A stretch of 64,000 nucleotides of DNA from Candidatus Methanoxibalbensis ujae (GTDB taxonomy: Archaea > Halobacteriota > Syntropharchaeia > Alkanophagales > Methanospirareceae): assembly GCA_026134085.1 (NCBI GenBank), contig JAOQIN010000005.1, positions 9,489 through 73,488 of the forward strand, written 5' to 3'. Numbering within the stretch: the first letter of the stretch is position 1; each line of letters starts with the position of its first letter. Below the pieces are notes generated by a model. The model was not told the DNA's origin and did no database searches. It worked only from the letters and a program-made list of their open reading frames with translations. This document shows, piece by piece, positions 1-9,877 of this stretch. Position numbers and translations under genes: made by a program.

Positions 1-245
1 TCAGCAGATTTCTCCCTCAGTTTCTGCACATCCTTCACATCTATATCGCTCAATATCTCTTTCAGTTTATCCCCGAAGTTGTTGTAATCAATGAAATATC
101 TGTATGCTTCTGCACTAACTGCAAATCCCGGAGGCACTGGCACCTTTATGCGTGATACAAGCTCACCCAAATTCGCTGCCTTGCCGCCGACCAGTGCAGT
201 ATCATCTTTGCTCAGCTCTTCAAACCACAACACAAGTTTGCTCAT
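1..245 (-). CDS. ppsA: Phosphoenolpyruvate synthase, N-terminal part (runs off the window start)
   Basis: Manual translation from ATG at 245: MSKLVLWFEELSKDDTALVGGKAANLGEL...VPVPPGFAVSAEAYRYF, the PEP synthase/PPDK N-terminal motif. Confidence 0.9.
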   Translation of the reverse strand, partial: MSKLVLWFEELSKDDTALVGGKAANLGELVSRIKVPVPPGFAVSAEAYRYFIDYNNFGDKLKEILSDIDVKDVQKLREKSA

Positions 246-387
246 CCCTTCCTCTGAGTTTCACCTCATTATATTTAAAATGAGTTTGTGTTTTAGTTTG
301 TTTTGCCATATGCACCATCTTGTTATATCATTTGAAAGAGAAAAGAGGCATCAGCAGAGTCAGTGCGGTTGAGCAGTCTTTTTCTTT

Positions 388-1794
388 TTATTTTTTCCTG
401 ACAATGAGAGTGAGACCTTCTCTGCCGATTATCTCAACCTTCTCACCCGCCGGCACACGCGAGCCGTCATGTGTCTTTGCCTTCCAGATTTCGCCTCTCA
501 CCTTCACCGCGCCTTTCTCGCCGTTTATATCTTCAATCACACTCGCTGTTCTTCCCACGACATCTCCTACTTTGGGCTTTTTCCTTCGTATAGATATTAT
601 TTTCAACACAGCAAACATGAAAAATAATGCAGATACAATGCCTATACCGATAACCGCGAAGAGAAAACCTTCAAACACACCTTCACCGAGCATCAAAGGC
701 TCAGCAGGCAGTATCAACGCGCCTATCACAAGACATACAGCGGCACCTATTGACAGTATTCCGAATGTTGGTGTCAGAAATTCAGCGATCAGAAGGATGA
801 CCGCAAGCACTATGAGCAATATGCCCAGAACGTTCTCATCAAACATCTGTATACCATACAGTGCGAGAATGAGGCATATCGCACCAACCATCTCGGGCAC
901 ATAGGTTTCTGGAGACATGAATCCGAATATGAGGCCGTAAATTCCGATTATCAGCAGTATCACCGCCATCTGCGGATTGCCTATGAGCTCCGTCATGTGA
1001 ACTCGCAAACTCCTCTCATAAAAACGCAAAACCGCATGTTTTGTGTGCAGTGTGAGGTTATCACCGCCGATTCTCACAGTTATCCCGTCCGTTTTACTGA
1101 GGAGATCTGATTTATTGCACGCTATCACATCTATAATATTTCTTTCAAATGCTTCTCGCTCATCTAAAACATCATTATCCGTGACGAAGCGTGCTGCCTG
1201 TGTCTCGTTTCTGCCTCTTACAGATGCAATGCTGCTGAAATGGCCCGCGAAAAAGTTTATTGTCTTTTCATCAGCTTCCTGAACACCGCCAATGCCTATC
1301 ATGCGCGGCATCGCTGCTCCCACAGTCGTGCCGGGGGACATCGCTGCAATATGACCAGCAATCAAAATCAGAGAGCCTGCAGAAGCACATATCGCACCTT
1401 CAGGCGCAACATATGTTATGACGGGAACTTTCGCATTCAGTATCCTCTTTGTTATCTTGAGCATCGCATCTGAAACTCCTCCCGGAGTGTTCAACTCAAT
1501 GATGACAGCAGACGCGCCCACACGCTCAGCCTCTTCCATGCATTCCGATATGTATATGTATGTGCCCTCAGTTATTTCGCCCTCTATCCTCGCCACAAAG
1601 ACCTCATCACCAACAGAAGGCGCCGCAGATGCGGAGGAGGCAGAGACAAAAAAGGAGGATGATGCATCGGATGATGTGAATATGGATGCAGATGATACCT
1701 GAGGATACAAAACTTGAGGATACAAAAATACAAATGCGCACAACATAAAAACGCATGACGACAGCACCATAACCGCATCACGAGAGCGCATCAT
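388..1794 (-). CDS. nfeD: NfeD-family membrane-bound serine protease (ClpP-like domain, TM region, OB fold)
   Basis: LNTPGG, ASAGSLILIAGHIAAMSPGTTVGAA, several TM helices, C-terminal VKVRGEIWKA. Confidence 0.9.
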   Translation of the reverse strand: MMRSRDAVMVLSSCVFMLCAFVFLYPQVLYPQVSSASIFTSSDASSSFFVSASSASAAPSVGDEVFVARIEGEITEGTYIYISECMEEAERVGASAVIIELNTPGGVSDAMLKITKRILNAKVPVITYVAPEGAICASAGSLILIAGHIAAMSPGTTVGAAMPRMIGIGGVQEADEKTINFFAGHFSSIASVRGRNETQAARFVTDNDVLDEREAFERNIIDVIACNKSDLLSKTDGITVRIGGDNLTLHTKHAVLRFYERSLRVHMTELIGNPQMAVILLIIGIYGLIFGFMSPETYVPEMVGAICLILALYGIQMFDENVLGILLIVLAVILLIAEFLTPTFGILSIGAAVCLVIGALILPAEPLMLGEGVFEGFLFAVIGIGIVSALFFMFAVLKIISIRRKKPKVGDVVGRTASVIEDINGEKGAVKVRGEIWKAKTHDGSRVPAGEKVEIIGREGLTLIVRKK

Positions 1795-2001
1795 ATAATA
1801 TCGGCAGCATCACTTATTTACTTCGCTGGGACCGCTCCAGCTCTCTGCTCTGTATGCAAAAGTGATTGAGCTCGGCAACAGGACAGCGTCACCACCGTCT
1901 GAAGAGGATTTTCCCCTCGCATGCTGAATCGCCGACAAGTACTGCTGGGGAGTTCTGGTCTCACATCAGCTTCCCAGTATATGGGGATCTCACGCTACCT
2001 T

Positions 2002-2175
2002 GTGACCTCCTCACCTCACCTGACAGTGAGGCTCACGGGTTCCCAGTTCCACAGAGCTTGCCCCAAGCCTTCCGCGGTCGAAGGCTTCACTTCGGGTAGC
2101 CCGCCCCACATCATAACCCGAGCTGAGAAGGAGAGAGGGCACTTATGGTCTCTCAGCACAGCAGGACGTGTTTCA
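2002..2175 (-). mobile_element. IS200/IS605 right-end / omegaRNA-like remnant with traces of the tnpB C-terminus
   Basis: Minus strand reads NTS..LRDHKCP..GLPEVKP; hairpins AAGCCTTC-N7-GAAGGCTT and CCTCAC-N6-GTGAGG; ends GAGGAGGTCAC, like IS605 right ends. Confidence 0.55.
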
Positions 2176-2265
2176 GCAGAAACCATCCATATGTGAAAAA
2201 TCCTGCGGCAAAATAAAGACAAACAGCTGCATACACGATTTGAGAAAGCGGAAAACGGATGGGGT

Positions 2266-3108
2266 ATGAGAGGGGAAACAGCAGAAAATGAAAATGAAAT
2301 ATTGAGAACTTTGAAGTGCCTTGCGAGCGGCGACATGAGTGTTGAGGAGGCATATGAGCGCATTTGCAAGCGGCAATGTGTTCGCATATTGAGAGATTTT
2401 GCGAGAATTGACACAGACAGAATGCAGCGGACTGGCATACCCGAAATCATTTTTGCGGAGGGTAAGAGCAGTGAGCAAGTTGCGGAGATAGCGATCGCTC
2501 TTGCATCTTCACAGGGCTTCGCGCTGGTCAGCAGGGCATCTGAAGATGATGTTTCGGCGATAAAATCAGCAATTGACAGTCATGCTGAGAATTTTGAAAT
2601 TGAACACAACAAAATCGCTCGCACAGTTCTTGTGAAGAGTCCCTCATACAGTTCGGAGAAAATTGGAAAAATAAGCATAATCGCGGCAGGCACCGCGGAT
2701 ATGCGTGTTGCTGAGGAGGCGAGGGTCGTTGCTGAGGTATGCGGTTGCGATGTGATCACAGCCTATGATGTTGGCATCGCAGGACTTCACCGCCTTTCAG
2801 CACCGCTTGAGCGCATGTTGGACGAAGATGTGTCCGCAATAATCGTTGTGGCGGGCATGGAGGGTGCATTGCCATCTGTCGTCACCTCGCTCGTTGATGT
2901 CCCTGTCATCGGTGTCCCTTCATCAATCGGCTACGGTATCGGCGGCAGGGGAGTCGCTGCACTGCTGTCAATGCTGCAGTCCTGCACACCGGGACTGGCT
3001 GTCGTCAACATAGATAACGGCGTGGCAGCAGGCGCACTCGCAGCGAGAATCGTGAGGGCATGCAGCAGGAGTAAAAACAAGAAAAGGAAAAAAGATGCCC
3101 CGTCCTAG
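2266..3108 (+). CDS. larB: Nickel-pincer cofactor biosynthesis protein LarB (PurE-like)
   Basis: RTGIPEIIFAEGK, AGTAD, DVGIAGLHRL, AGMEGAL, SMLQSC, VVNIDNG. Confidence 0.92.
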   Translation: MRGETAENENEILRTLKCLASGDMSVEEAYERICKRQCVRILRDFARIDTDRMQRTGIPEIIFAEGKSSEQVAEIAIALASSQGFALVSRASEDDVSAIKSAIDSHAENFEIEHNKIARTVLVKSPSYSSEKIGKISIIAAGTADMRVAEEARVVAEVCGCDVITAYDVGIAGLHRLSAPLERMLDEDVSAIIVVAGMEGALPSVVTSLVDVPVIGVPSSIGYGIGGRGVAALLSMLQSCTPGLAVVNIDNGVAAGALAARIVRACSRSKNKKRKKDAPS

Positions 3109-3539
3109 CGGTTGATGTGCAGACTGGCATTTGACAGCATCCTCCGTGATGTGCATCTTGCTCAACCATCCAGAAATTCATCAGCGGATCATCAGATAAA
3201 CCTTCAGATCTCATGGATCTGCTTTCATAATGGTGGCTCGCCTGGTTTTCAATGACCGTGAAGACGACATATGTGAGACCTTTCACGAAATCACTGCGCA
3301 AATTAAACAGAGAGGATTAATCATAGATCATAGCAAAGAAGAATCACACGCAAACGGACAAGCTCTTACACATACTCACACGCACGGACACTCACACAGG
3401 GGGAGGTCTGCGTTTGAATGGAATTGAACCTGAACGACCCATCGCATATTCATTCCTCCTCCGAGGCGGTTGAACACGAACACTCAAAGCTGGACGGCGG
3501 GAGCGCAGGACTTTCGTTGGGGAACTTGGAACGGTATGC

Positions 3540-4140
3540 ACGGAACAGCTCCTTCAGCCTTTTCCGAGAGGAATATTTTGGAGGCATCCATGGGCTAAGT
3601 TACCGCAAGCCATGTTCCGAATTAGGAAGCCACAATTATAACATCGTAGTCATTGATGCAACAGATTGCGCAGGAAATCGTTTAACCGCTCATAAGCTTT
3701 TAATTTTATTCTTTCCTTCACTTTATTTTGATTCTTTCATCCTCCTTGATAGGTTTATTCTTATCAAGTTCAGAGTATCACCATCAGCGTCATACCCTAT
3801 CCCTATCAGCGTCATACCGGAATCAATTCCGACGCATTTGCAAGTTGGCTGTAAAGGCTTGGGCTGATCTTCCACATGCACGAATACAATCTTTCCGATT
3901 TCAGTTCAGTTTACCCCCTGATTTTTCCTTCAAACTGTGCGGGCATCTCACCGATTTTTGATAAGATCGGCTTTTTCCTGTCAAAGTCAATCCTGAAACC
4001 AGATTGGTTTGTTTTGAACTCTCACTATCTCAATTCTCTCCCTTCTTCAGTTTGACTGAAATGGCTTGAGTATCTTTTGGCTCTGGTGTTCTACCCTCCT
4101 CTTCAGCTCTCTCTTCTTCAGCTCAGCTCAACTCTCAGAG
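3540..4140 (-). pseudogene. tnpB: Degenerate IS200/IS605 TnpB (many frameshifts and deletions); boundaries approximate
   Basis: Minus-strand fragments NQSGFRIDFDRKK, LSKIGEMP, FEGKIRG, HVEDQPKPLQPTCKCVGIDSG (RuvC-I-like), NDYDVIIV, EKAEGA. Confidence 0.75.
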
Positions 4141-4615
4141 CAGGCGATTGTCCATCTGCATAGCTCAAGCTGACAAGCTGATTTGGATTTTTGTTAAAGA
4201 TAGCTCAGCATGGCTGTACAAATCTATATAACATCTGAGAAAGAGAGATAACACATCATTCTTCCCTCATTTTACCCTTTACTCTGTTCAACAGTTTATA
4301 TGCATTTCCATTCGTTCTTCATCAGTTTTGAATCGGCGTATAAATAACCACAAGCCTCCACTGCTGTACATGCACACTTCCTCTCGGAAGGAGACTTAAC
4401 AGCAACAGAAAGTCAGATGAAAACACCAACTGAAACTGCTGCGATTGAAAAAAGTTAAAATTCCAAATAGAAAATTATACATATATTATAATACATATTA
4501 TAATGCAGCATCAAATAATGTAACCTAAAATATTGTTTATACAATACAAAATTGCTCAATATTGGCAATTTAGATGATAGAAATCTATAAAAACTAATTT
4601 CATCATAGTGGGGAA

Positions 4616-4633
4616 TGCCCGATGTATCGGGCA
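4616..4633 (+). promoter_or_regulatory. Perfect inverted repeat just upstream of the RBS of the secreted-protein cluster
   Basis: TGCCCGAT-GT-ATCGGGCA, followed by a GGAGGTGA RBS. Confidence 0.5.
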
Positions 4634-4658
4634 ATAACTGGGGAGGGAGGTGATGCGC

Positions 4659-5534
4659 ATGAAGAAGGTGTATGCAATATTGATGATATCTGTCATCTTG
4701 GGCACACTGCTCTCAACTGGTGTGCCATCTGTGATGAGTGCTGAGCCGACTGCGAAGAGCATTGCGACCGTCGGCAATGTGCCGCCGTATGTGTGCTGCA
4801 AGTGGGAAGAGCCTGATGATGATCCCGAAAAAGATGGAACGCAGGTGATGCCCAATCCGTACCCCGAAATGAAAGAGGTGGTTGTGAAGGCGTGCGTGTG
4901 CGATGGAAACGGCAATGAGGACATCACTCATGTGTTTGCAGTTGTAACGGACTCAGAGGGAAATGTGATTGCCGAACTCGAGCTGAAGCCTGATGAGAAT
5001 GTAAGCTGTGATGATTGCAAATGCGTATATCCTGGTATTGATTGCACAGGATATTCAGGCGTCTTTGAGATGGGTCCGTGCGCACCTGCTGGCAACTACA
5101 CCGTAAATGTCACAGCAGTTGACAGTCAGAATGAGACAGCCAGCGTGGAAAATGTGTTTGAGTATCTCTCGCTCAAGGCGCTCGCTATAAACTTTGACAC
5201 CGTCGCATTTGAAGGCAATCCTGGTGATGAAAATGTGACGGGTGAGGAGCTCTTCAACAATACAGTGGTGAACAGCACGATAACGAGTGTCGGCAATGAT
5301 CCAGTTGATGTCGGAATTGAAGCGACTGATCTGACAGACGGAGCTGGAAATGTGATAGGCGGGGAGAACATGTCTGCGATCATAGCCGGTGAGGAATCAG
5401 TTATAAAGCCCGAACATGTCTGGGATGTCGGACTCGGCTGCAATGAATACACATCTGTGACATTCCTCCTCGACATACCAGCAGGAACGAATCCGGGCTT
5501 GTATGAGGGCGAGATCATAATAACGCCGCACTAA
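4659..5534 (+). CDS. Secreted, Cys-rich, acidic two-domain beta-sandwich protein (putative filament or surface subunit)
   Basis: Signal peptide MKKVYAILMISVILGTLLSTG..., strong RBS, no TM anchor, C-terminal strand DIPAGTNPGLYEGEIIITPH. Confidence 0.8.
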   Translation: MKKVYAILMISVILGTLLSTGVPSVMSAEPTAKSIATVGNVPPYVCCKWEEPDDDPEKDGTQVMPNPYPEMKEVVVKACVCDGNGNEDITHVFAVVTDSEGNVIAELELKPDENVSCDDCKCVYPGIDCTGYSGVFEMGPCAPAGNYTVNVTAVDSQNETASVENVFEYLSLKALAINFDTVAFEGNPGDENVTGEELFNNTVVNSTITSVGNDPVDVGIEATDLTDGAGNVIGGENMSAIIAGEESVIKPEHVWDVGLGCNEYTSVTFLLDIPAGTNPGLYEGEIIITPH

Positions 5535-5626
5535 CGCCGACGCCGCACTGAAGCTCTGATACAGGAGGAAGTGCAGATGCACATTTTTTTTACTTTTTTT
5601 CCACTATTTTTTGCCGTGTTATGTGA

Positions 5627-6889
5627 GTGAGGTGCATGACTATGTGGGGGATGAAACAGCGTATTTTGATAGCGATTGCCGGGATTGTGCTGTTGATGAG
5701 TTGTTCAGTTGCGCATGCAGGCATCGGTCTCGGAATTTCGCCATCGCATATTGAGTTGAAGGACGCGTTGAGAGGCGGCACATACGAGAGGACGATCGCG
5801 ATATTCAACACAGGCGATTCTGATGGAGAATTCGCACTTTACGCGGAAGGCGCTGAGAACATATGCGACATAGAATTTCACAGGAACGGGGAGCGCGTTG
5901 ACCGCATAAAAATACCTGCGGGAGAGAAAGCAACTGTAACCGTTCTCTTTAAGATAAAAAATGATGTGCCGAACGGCGAATATGAGACGAAAATATACGC
6001 CGCAAGTGTTCCGTCTGGAGGCAATATAAGTGAAGGAATGGGAGCAAAAGCTATTATACAAATACCTTCAACCGTTGTTATATCCGTGACAGGAACACAG
6101 ATACTGCGAGGAGAGGTGAAAAGTGTTCATATTTACGATACGGAAGTTGGTATTCCGCTGAGGATAGAGGTGAAATTCAGAAATACGGGAAATGTCGTGG
6201 CGTATCCGAGGGTGAATGTCAGGATAGAAAAGGAGAGCGGCATTCTCGTTGATTCGTTTGAAAGGGCGGACTTCGGCGTGAATCCGGGTGGTGAGGACAC
6301 CATCACGCTCACGTGGAACACAACAGATGAGGGTGATTACAGCGCCGAGGTCACTGTGTATCTCGGCGATGATGTCCTGTATGAGGATGTGCTGCCGTTC
6401 AAAATACTTCCGTTCGGAACACTCACGAGAAATGGAACGCTGAACCGCATATACATTGAGGGTGAGCCTCTTTTGAACCGCATGGTGAAAATAATTGCGG
6501 AATTCGTGAACACAGGCGAAATAGACACTTATGCACAGTTCAAATGCGAAATTTACCATAACGGCTCGCTTATTGATCTTGCTGAAAGTGATAAAATGTT
6601 TGTTGAGCGTGGTAAAAAATGCAGTATGCAGGTTTACTACAAAATAACAGAATGTGGAGAATATGAAATCAGAGGATATGTGTCTTATGATGGCAAGAAT
6701 ACGGACGAAAAGAGTCTGAAATTCACTGTTCCTGATGTCTCTTCCGGAGAAAAAGAGAGCGGGAGCTCAAATATCCTGCCATATCCGCACGCAGCACTGC
6801 TCCTCGTGTTGATCGCATCGGCTGTTGCAATGAGGAGAAGTCGTGAGAAGAAGAATGAGAAGCATCGTGCGCGCCATCGTGACAAATGA
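5627..6889 (+). CDS. Secreted Ig-fold protein, DUF916/PapD-like N-terminus, C-terminal membrane anchor
   Basis: Signal peptide; GISPSHIEL..GGTYERTIAIFNTGD; repeated F-x-NTG Ig modules; C-terminal LPYP + hydrophobic helix + basic tail. Confidence 0.8.
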   Translation: MRCMTMWGMKQRILIAIAGIVLLMSCSVAHAGIGLGISPSHIELKDALRGGTYERTIAIFNTGDSDGEFALYAEGAENICDIEFHRNGERVDRIKIPAGEKATVTVLFKIKNDVPNGEYETKIYAASVPSGGNISEGMGAKAIIQIPSTVVISVTGTQILRGEVKSVHIYDTEVGIPLRIEVKFRNTGNVVAYPRVNVRIEKESGILVDSFERADFGVNPGGEDTITLTWNTTDEGDYSAEVTVYLGDDVLYEDVLPFKILPFGTLTRNGTLNRIYIEGEPLLNRMVKIIAEFVNTGEIDTYAQFKCEIYHNGSLIDLAESDKMFVERGKKCSMQVYYKITECGEYEIRGYVSYDGKNTDEKSLKFTVPDVSSGEKESGSSNILPYPHAALLLVLIASAVAMRRSREKKNEKHRARHRDK

Positions 6890-7132
6890 CGGGGTGCTCC
6901 GCAAGCCGGTATCAAGCCAGTATCATTGTGAAATAAGCGTGTGAAAGTGCAATGAACGCATGAAAGTCGGCGTCATGATGTGAGATGATGTGATAATATG
7001 TATGAGGATATGATGATATGCGACAATGTATAGCGATGTGATAATATAATGATACTAAGTGTGATAAGTGTGAGTAATAATTTGAAATATGAGAAATAAA
7101 ATGAAATAAATGAGAGGGAGGTGATAGACCAT

Positions 7133-8509
7133 ATGAGATTATCAGCTGTTGGAGCCTCGCTGACATCAATACAGCTGCTGATTGTGGTGTTGCTGGCATC
7201 TGTGGTGATCTCCGCTGCGTGTCTTGGAGTGTTCGGAAAGTCGTCAAATACCGCCTCTTCTGTGGTTAATGTGGCAAATACCCCACCATCATTCATATCA
7301 TTGAGCATACCGGATGACAGTGCTGATCCTGGATATCAGGTTATAAATCCGGATCCGGAGAGGAACAGGACAGTCAGACTGGAGGTGGTGCTGTGTGACA
7401 TGAACGGACACGATGATATATCAAATGTGAATGCGAACATAACAGGTCCAAGTCATGTTGATCCATTTACATTGAAATTAAATCGCACTTTAAATGTGAG
7501 CACAGCAGTTTATGAGGGATATTTCAACATGTCACATCACAAACAGGGAGAATACACAATAACAGTGAGAGCCTGCGATAAAGGAGGTATGTCCTCTCAG
7601 GCAGAATTGAATTTCACATATTTGCCTGCTGTGAACCTCACGGTATATGACTTTGCTGAGGGAGCTGGAGAGGACAAATGGGCATATCGCAGGCAACATG
7701 ACGAGAAGCCGCCGAGCAGGAACGATGTGCCGGGAGTTTCTTTCAGTCAGCCGGGGTATAATCTGATAAGCGAGGATGATGGGAGGACCGCAATAGATGG
7801 GACGAGCAAAGATGGAAATTATGCGATACACAGATTCAATTTCAAGATAAAGGAAAGGGTTCCGGATATAACGCGTGTTGAAGTGCTGTGGAAAGGCTTG
7901 GGAACTCATATCACTGATGAGAGAGGCGCCACTCTCTACATATGGAACTTCTCAAGCGGAGCATATGACGAACTTGACAGAGGCACAGATGTTTTTCTAA
8001 CGCTTCACGGCAACATCACCGAGAACATCTGCAATTACATAGATGATGATGGCATGCTTGTCGTCGCTGTTGAGCAGAACTCGCCGCAGAGCAGGTGGTT
8101 CATGTTCAAACTGCGCTCTTACATCGCCACGGATTACATCTGTGTGAATGTTTCATACATTCCGCATACAGTGTTGAATATTTTGGATGTCAAGCCGACT
8201 GCGCTAGTCGTGCGACCGGGTGCTGAAATCCGTTTTGACATAAATGTGACGAACGAGGGAGCTCCAGGCACGGGATATGTGAACGGCACAGTCGTATATC
8301 CGAACGGCACGAAGTGCGATATAGGGTTTGAAAGGACAGAACACATGGAAACAGGCGGGACCTCCACCGTATATCTGCACTGGACTGTTCCCGAGGATGC
8401 GCCCCCAGGCATTTATGGTTTCATAGCCTCATCGTGGGACAGATGCAGTTCTGGATGCGATGGCTTTCAGGATGAAGTGTATCTGAGAAAGGCGTTCAGG
8501 GTGATATGA
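7133..8509 (+). CDS. Secreted multidomain protein; N-terminal domain paralogous to the 4659 protein, C-terminal CARDB-like domain
   Basis: GGAGGTGA RBS before ATG 7133; hydrophobic N-terminus; shared motifs NxPP, PDD..G.QV..P, CDxNGxxDI, GxYTxxVxAxD, FxYL. Confidence 0.8.
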   Translation: MRLSAVGASLTSIQLLIVVLLASVVISAACLGVFGKSSNTASSVVNVANTPPSFISLSIPDDSADPGYQVINPDPERNRTVRLEVVLCDMNGHDDISNVNANITGPSHVDPFTLKLNRTLNVSTAVYEGYFNMSHHKQGEYTITVRACDKGGMSSQAELNFTYLPAVNLTVYDFAEGAGEDKWAYRRQHDEKPPSRNDVPGVSFSQPGYNLISEDDGRTAIDGTSKDGNYAIHRFNFKIKERVPDITRVEVLWKGLGTHITDERGATLYIWNFSSGAYDELDRGTDVFLTLHGNITENICNYIDDDGMLVVAVEQNSPQSRWFMFKLRSYIATDYICVNVSYIPHTVLNILDVKPTALVVRPGAEIRFDINVTNEGAPGTGYVNGTVVYPNGTKCDIGFERTEHMETGGTSTVYLHWTVPEDAPPGIYGFIASSWDRCSSGCDGFQDEVYLRKAFRVI

Positions 8510-8597
8510 CTTATTTCACTTTTTGATTTTTTTCTTTTTTTTCTCTTTTGTTCATGTTTGTCATATGTTATTCCATAATAAGCGCTCCTGCTCTTGC

Positions 8598-9821
8598 TCA
8601 CATTATCTCACGCATTGCAGCGTTTTCAGCCATGCGAATGACCTCTCGCACGGGAATTTGCATTTCATCTGCTATGCGCCTTGCATCTTCAAATTCAGCG
8701 GATATGTCTATGAGATTTCCGCTGGAATCTCGGGCGATTTTCACACGGATTTCCTTTTCCATCTTTTTCATTGCATCTCCAGCGGGGGTTACGAATGGGA
8801 CTTTTATCAGCTTTATTTCACGCTGTGCTACGAAGCGGTTTTTGACGCACATCACGCGAACGCCGAGCGTGCCTGTTTCCATCATCATGCGGTGTGCAAT
8901 GCGCTCCGAATCCTCAGGTGCGACTACTGCGCGTATTATATGCCCCGCTCTACCCTTTTTCATAATTGCAGGCACTATTGACACATCCTTCGCGCCCTCA
9001 GCCATAAGCACATTTATGAGATTCCCGAGGATCTCTCCGGAGACATCATCAACATTTGTCTCAAGCAGATCAACGCATTCTCTTGACAAAACGCCGCAGC
9101 CGGTGTCCGCAATCTCTCCGATGGATGCACGGAGCACATTTGGCATCTCAGCAAAATCCGAGCTGCCAGCTCCGTATCCTGTGCGTGATATGCGCATTTC
9201 CGGCATGAAATTGACAAAATGATGGACGAAATGTGCGAGTATCGCAGCTCCTGTCGGTGTGAGGAGTTCAGCATCTATCGGACCTCCTCTGAAGGGTATG
9301 CCCGCTGATCGCAGTATTTCAAGAGTCGCAGGTGCGGGAACGGGCATTTTTCCATGCTCAACACGGACAAAACCACCTCCAACCGATGGACAGGTGCTCA
9401 TGACGACATCCGCATTGATCTCGGAAAATGCGATAGAACATCCAACAATGTCTCCTATTGTGTCAAGCCCGCCGAGCTCGTGAAAATGAACTTCCTCCTT
9501 CCGAACGCCGTGAACACTCGCCTCAGCCTCTGCAATTCTCTCAAAAACAGCGATCGCATCACGCACAATCTCATCACTCAGCCCGCTTCCCTCAATCATA
9601 CGCAACATATCTCCGTATGAAAGAATCCTCTCATCACCGTGAAATTGCACATGCTTCGCCTTTATCCCGCAGCGGACAACTGACCGCACATCAAACTGCA
9701 GACCCAACGCGGACACCGCATCCCCTATTTTCTCGGCAGGAACGCCTATGTCCAGCAGACTGCCTAATATCATATCGCCGGCAGCACCGGAGAATGGCTC
9801 AAAGAGAAGCGCCTTCTTCAT
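8598..9821 (-). CDS. larC: Nickel insertion protein LarC
   Basis: SGAAGDMILG, VHFHELGGLD, HGKMPVPAPAT, ELLTPTGAA, ETNVDD, MKKGR, ETGTLGVR. Confidence 0.93.
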   Translation of the reverse strand: MKKALLFEPFSGAAGDMILGSLLDIGVPAEKIGDAVSALGLQFDVRSVVRCGIKAKHVQFHGDERILSYGDMLRMIEGSGLSDEIVRDAIAVFERIAEAEASVHGVRKEEVHFHELGGLDTIGDIVGCSIAFSEINADVVMSTCPSVGGGFVRVEHGKMPVPAPATLEILRSAGIPFRGGPIDAELLTPTGAAILAHFVHHFVNFMPEMRISRTGYGAGSSDFAEMPNVLRASIGEIADTGCGVLSRECVDLLETNVDDVSGEILGNLINVLMAEGAKDVSIVPAIMKKGRAGHIIRAVVAPEDSERIAHRMMMETGTLGVRVMCVKNRFVAQREIKLIKVPFVTPAGDAMKKMEKEIRVKIARDSSGNLIDISAEFEDARRIADEMQIPVREVIRMAENAAMREIM

Positions 9822-9877
9822 CTTTTAATATAAAGCGCTGCCGCCTTTTGTTTCTGTTGATCACCCGTGCACATCTC

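Noticed and set aside
1866..2200. SRP RNA or RNase P RNA
   Set aside because: No SRP helix-8 motif or RNase P P4 motifs found; better explained as an IS605 right end
3230..3427. His-rich ORF (HTHTHGHSH) next to larB as a possible nickel chaperone
   Set aside because: The His run comes from CA-rich low-complexity DNA that is common in intergenic regions here; there is no clear RBS, and it borders tnpB debris
8548..9222. Long antisense ORFs (for example opposite larC, hom, fae-hps and gltX)
   Set aside because: These are shadow frames of well-supported genes, with no motifs of their own
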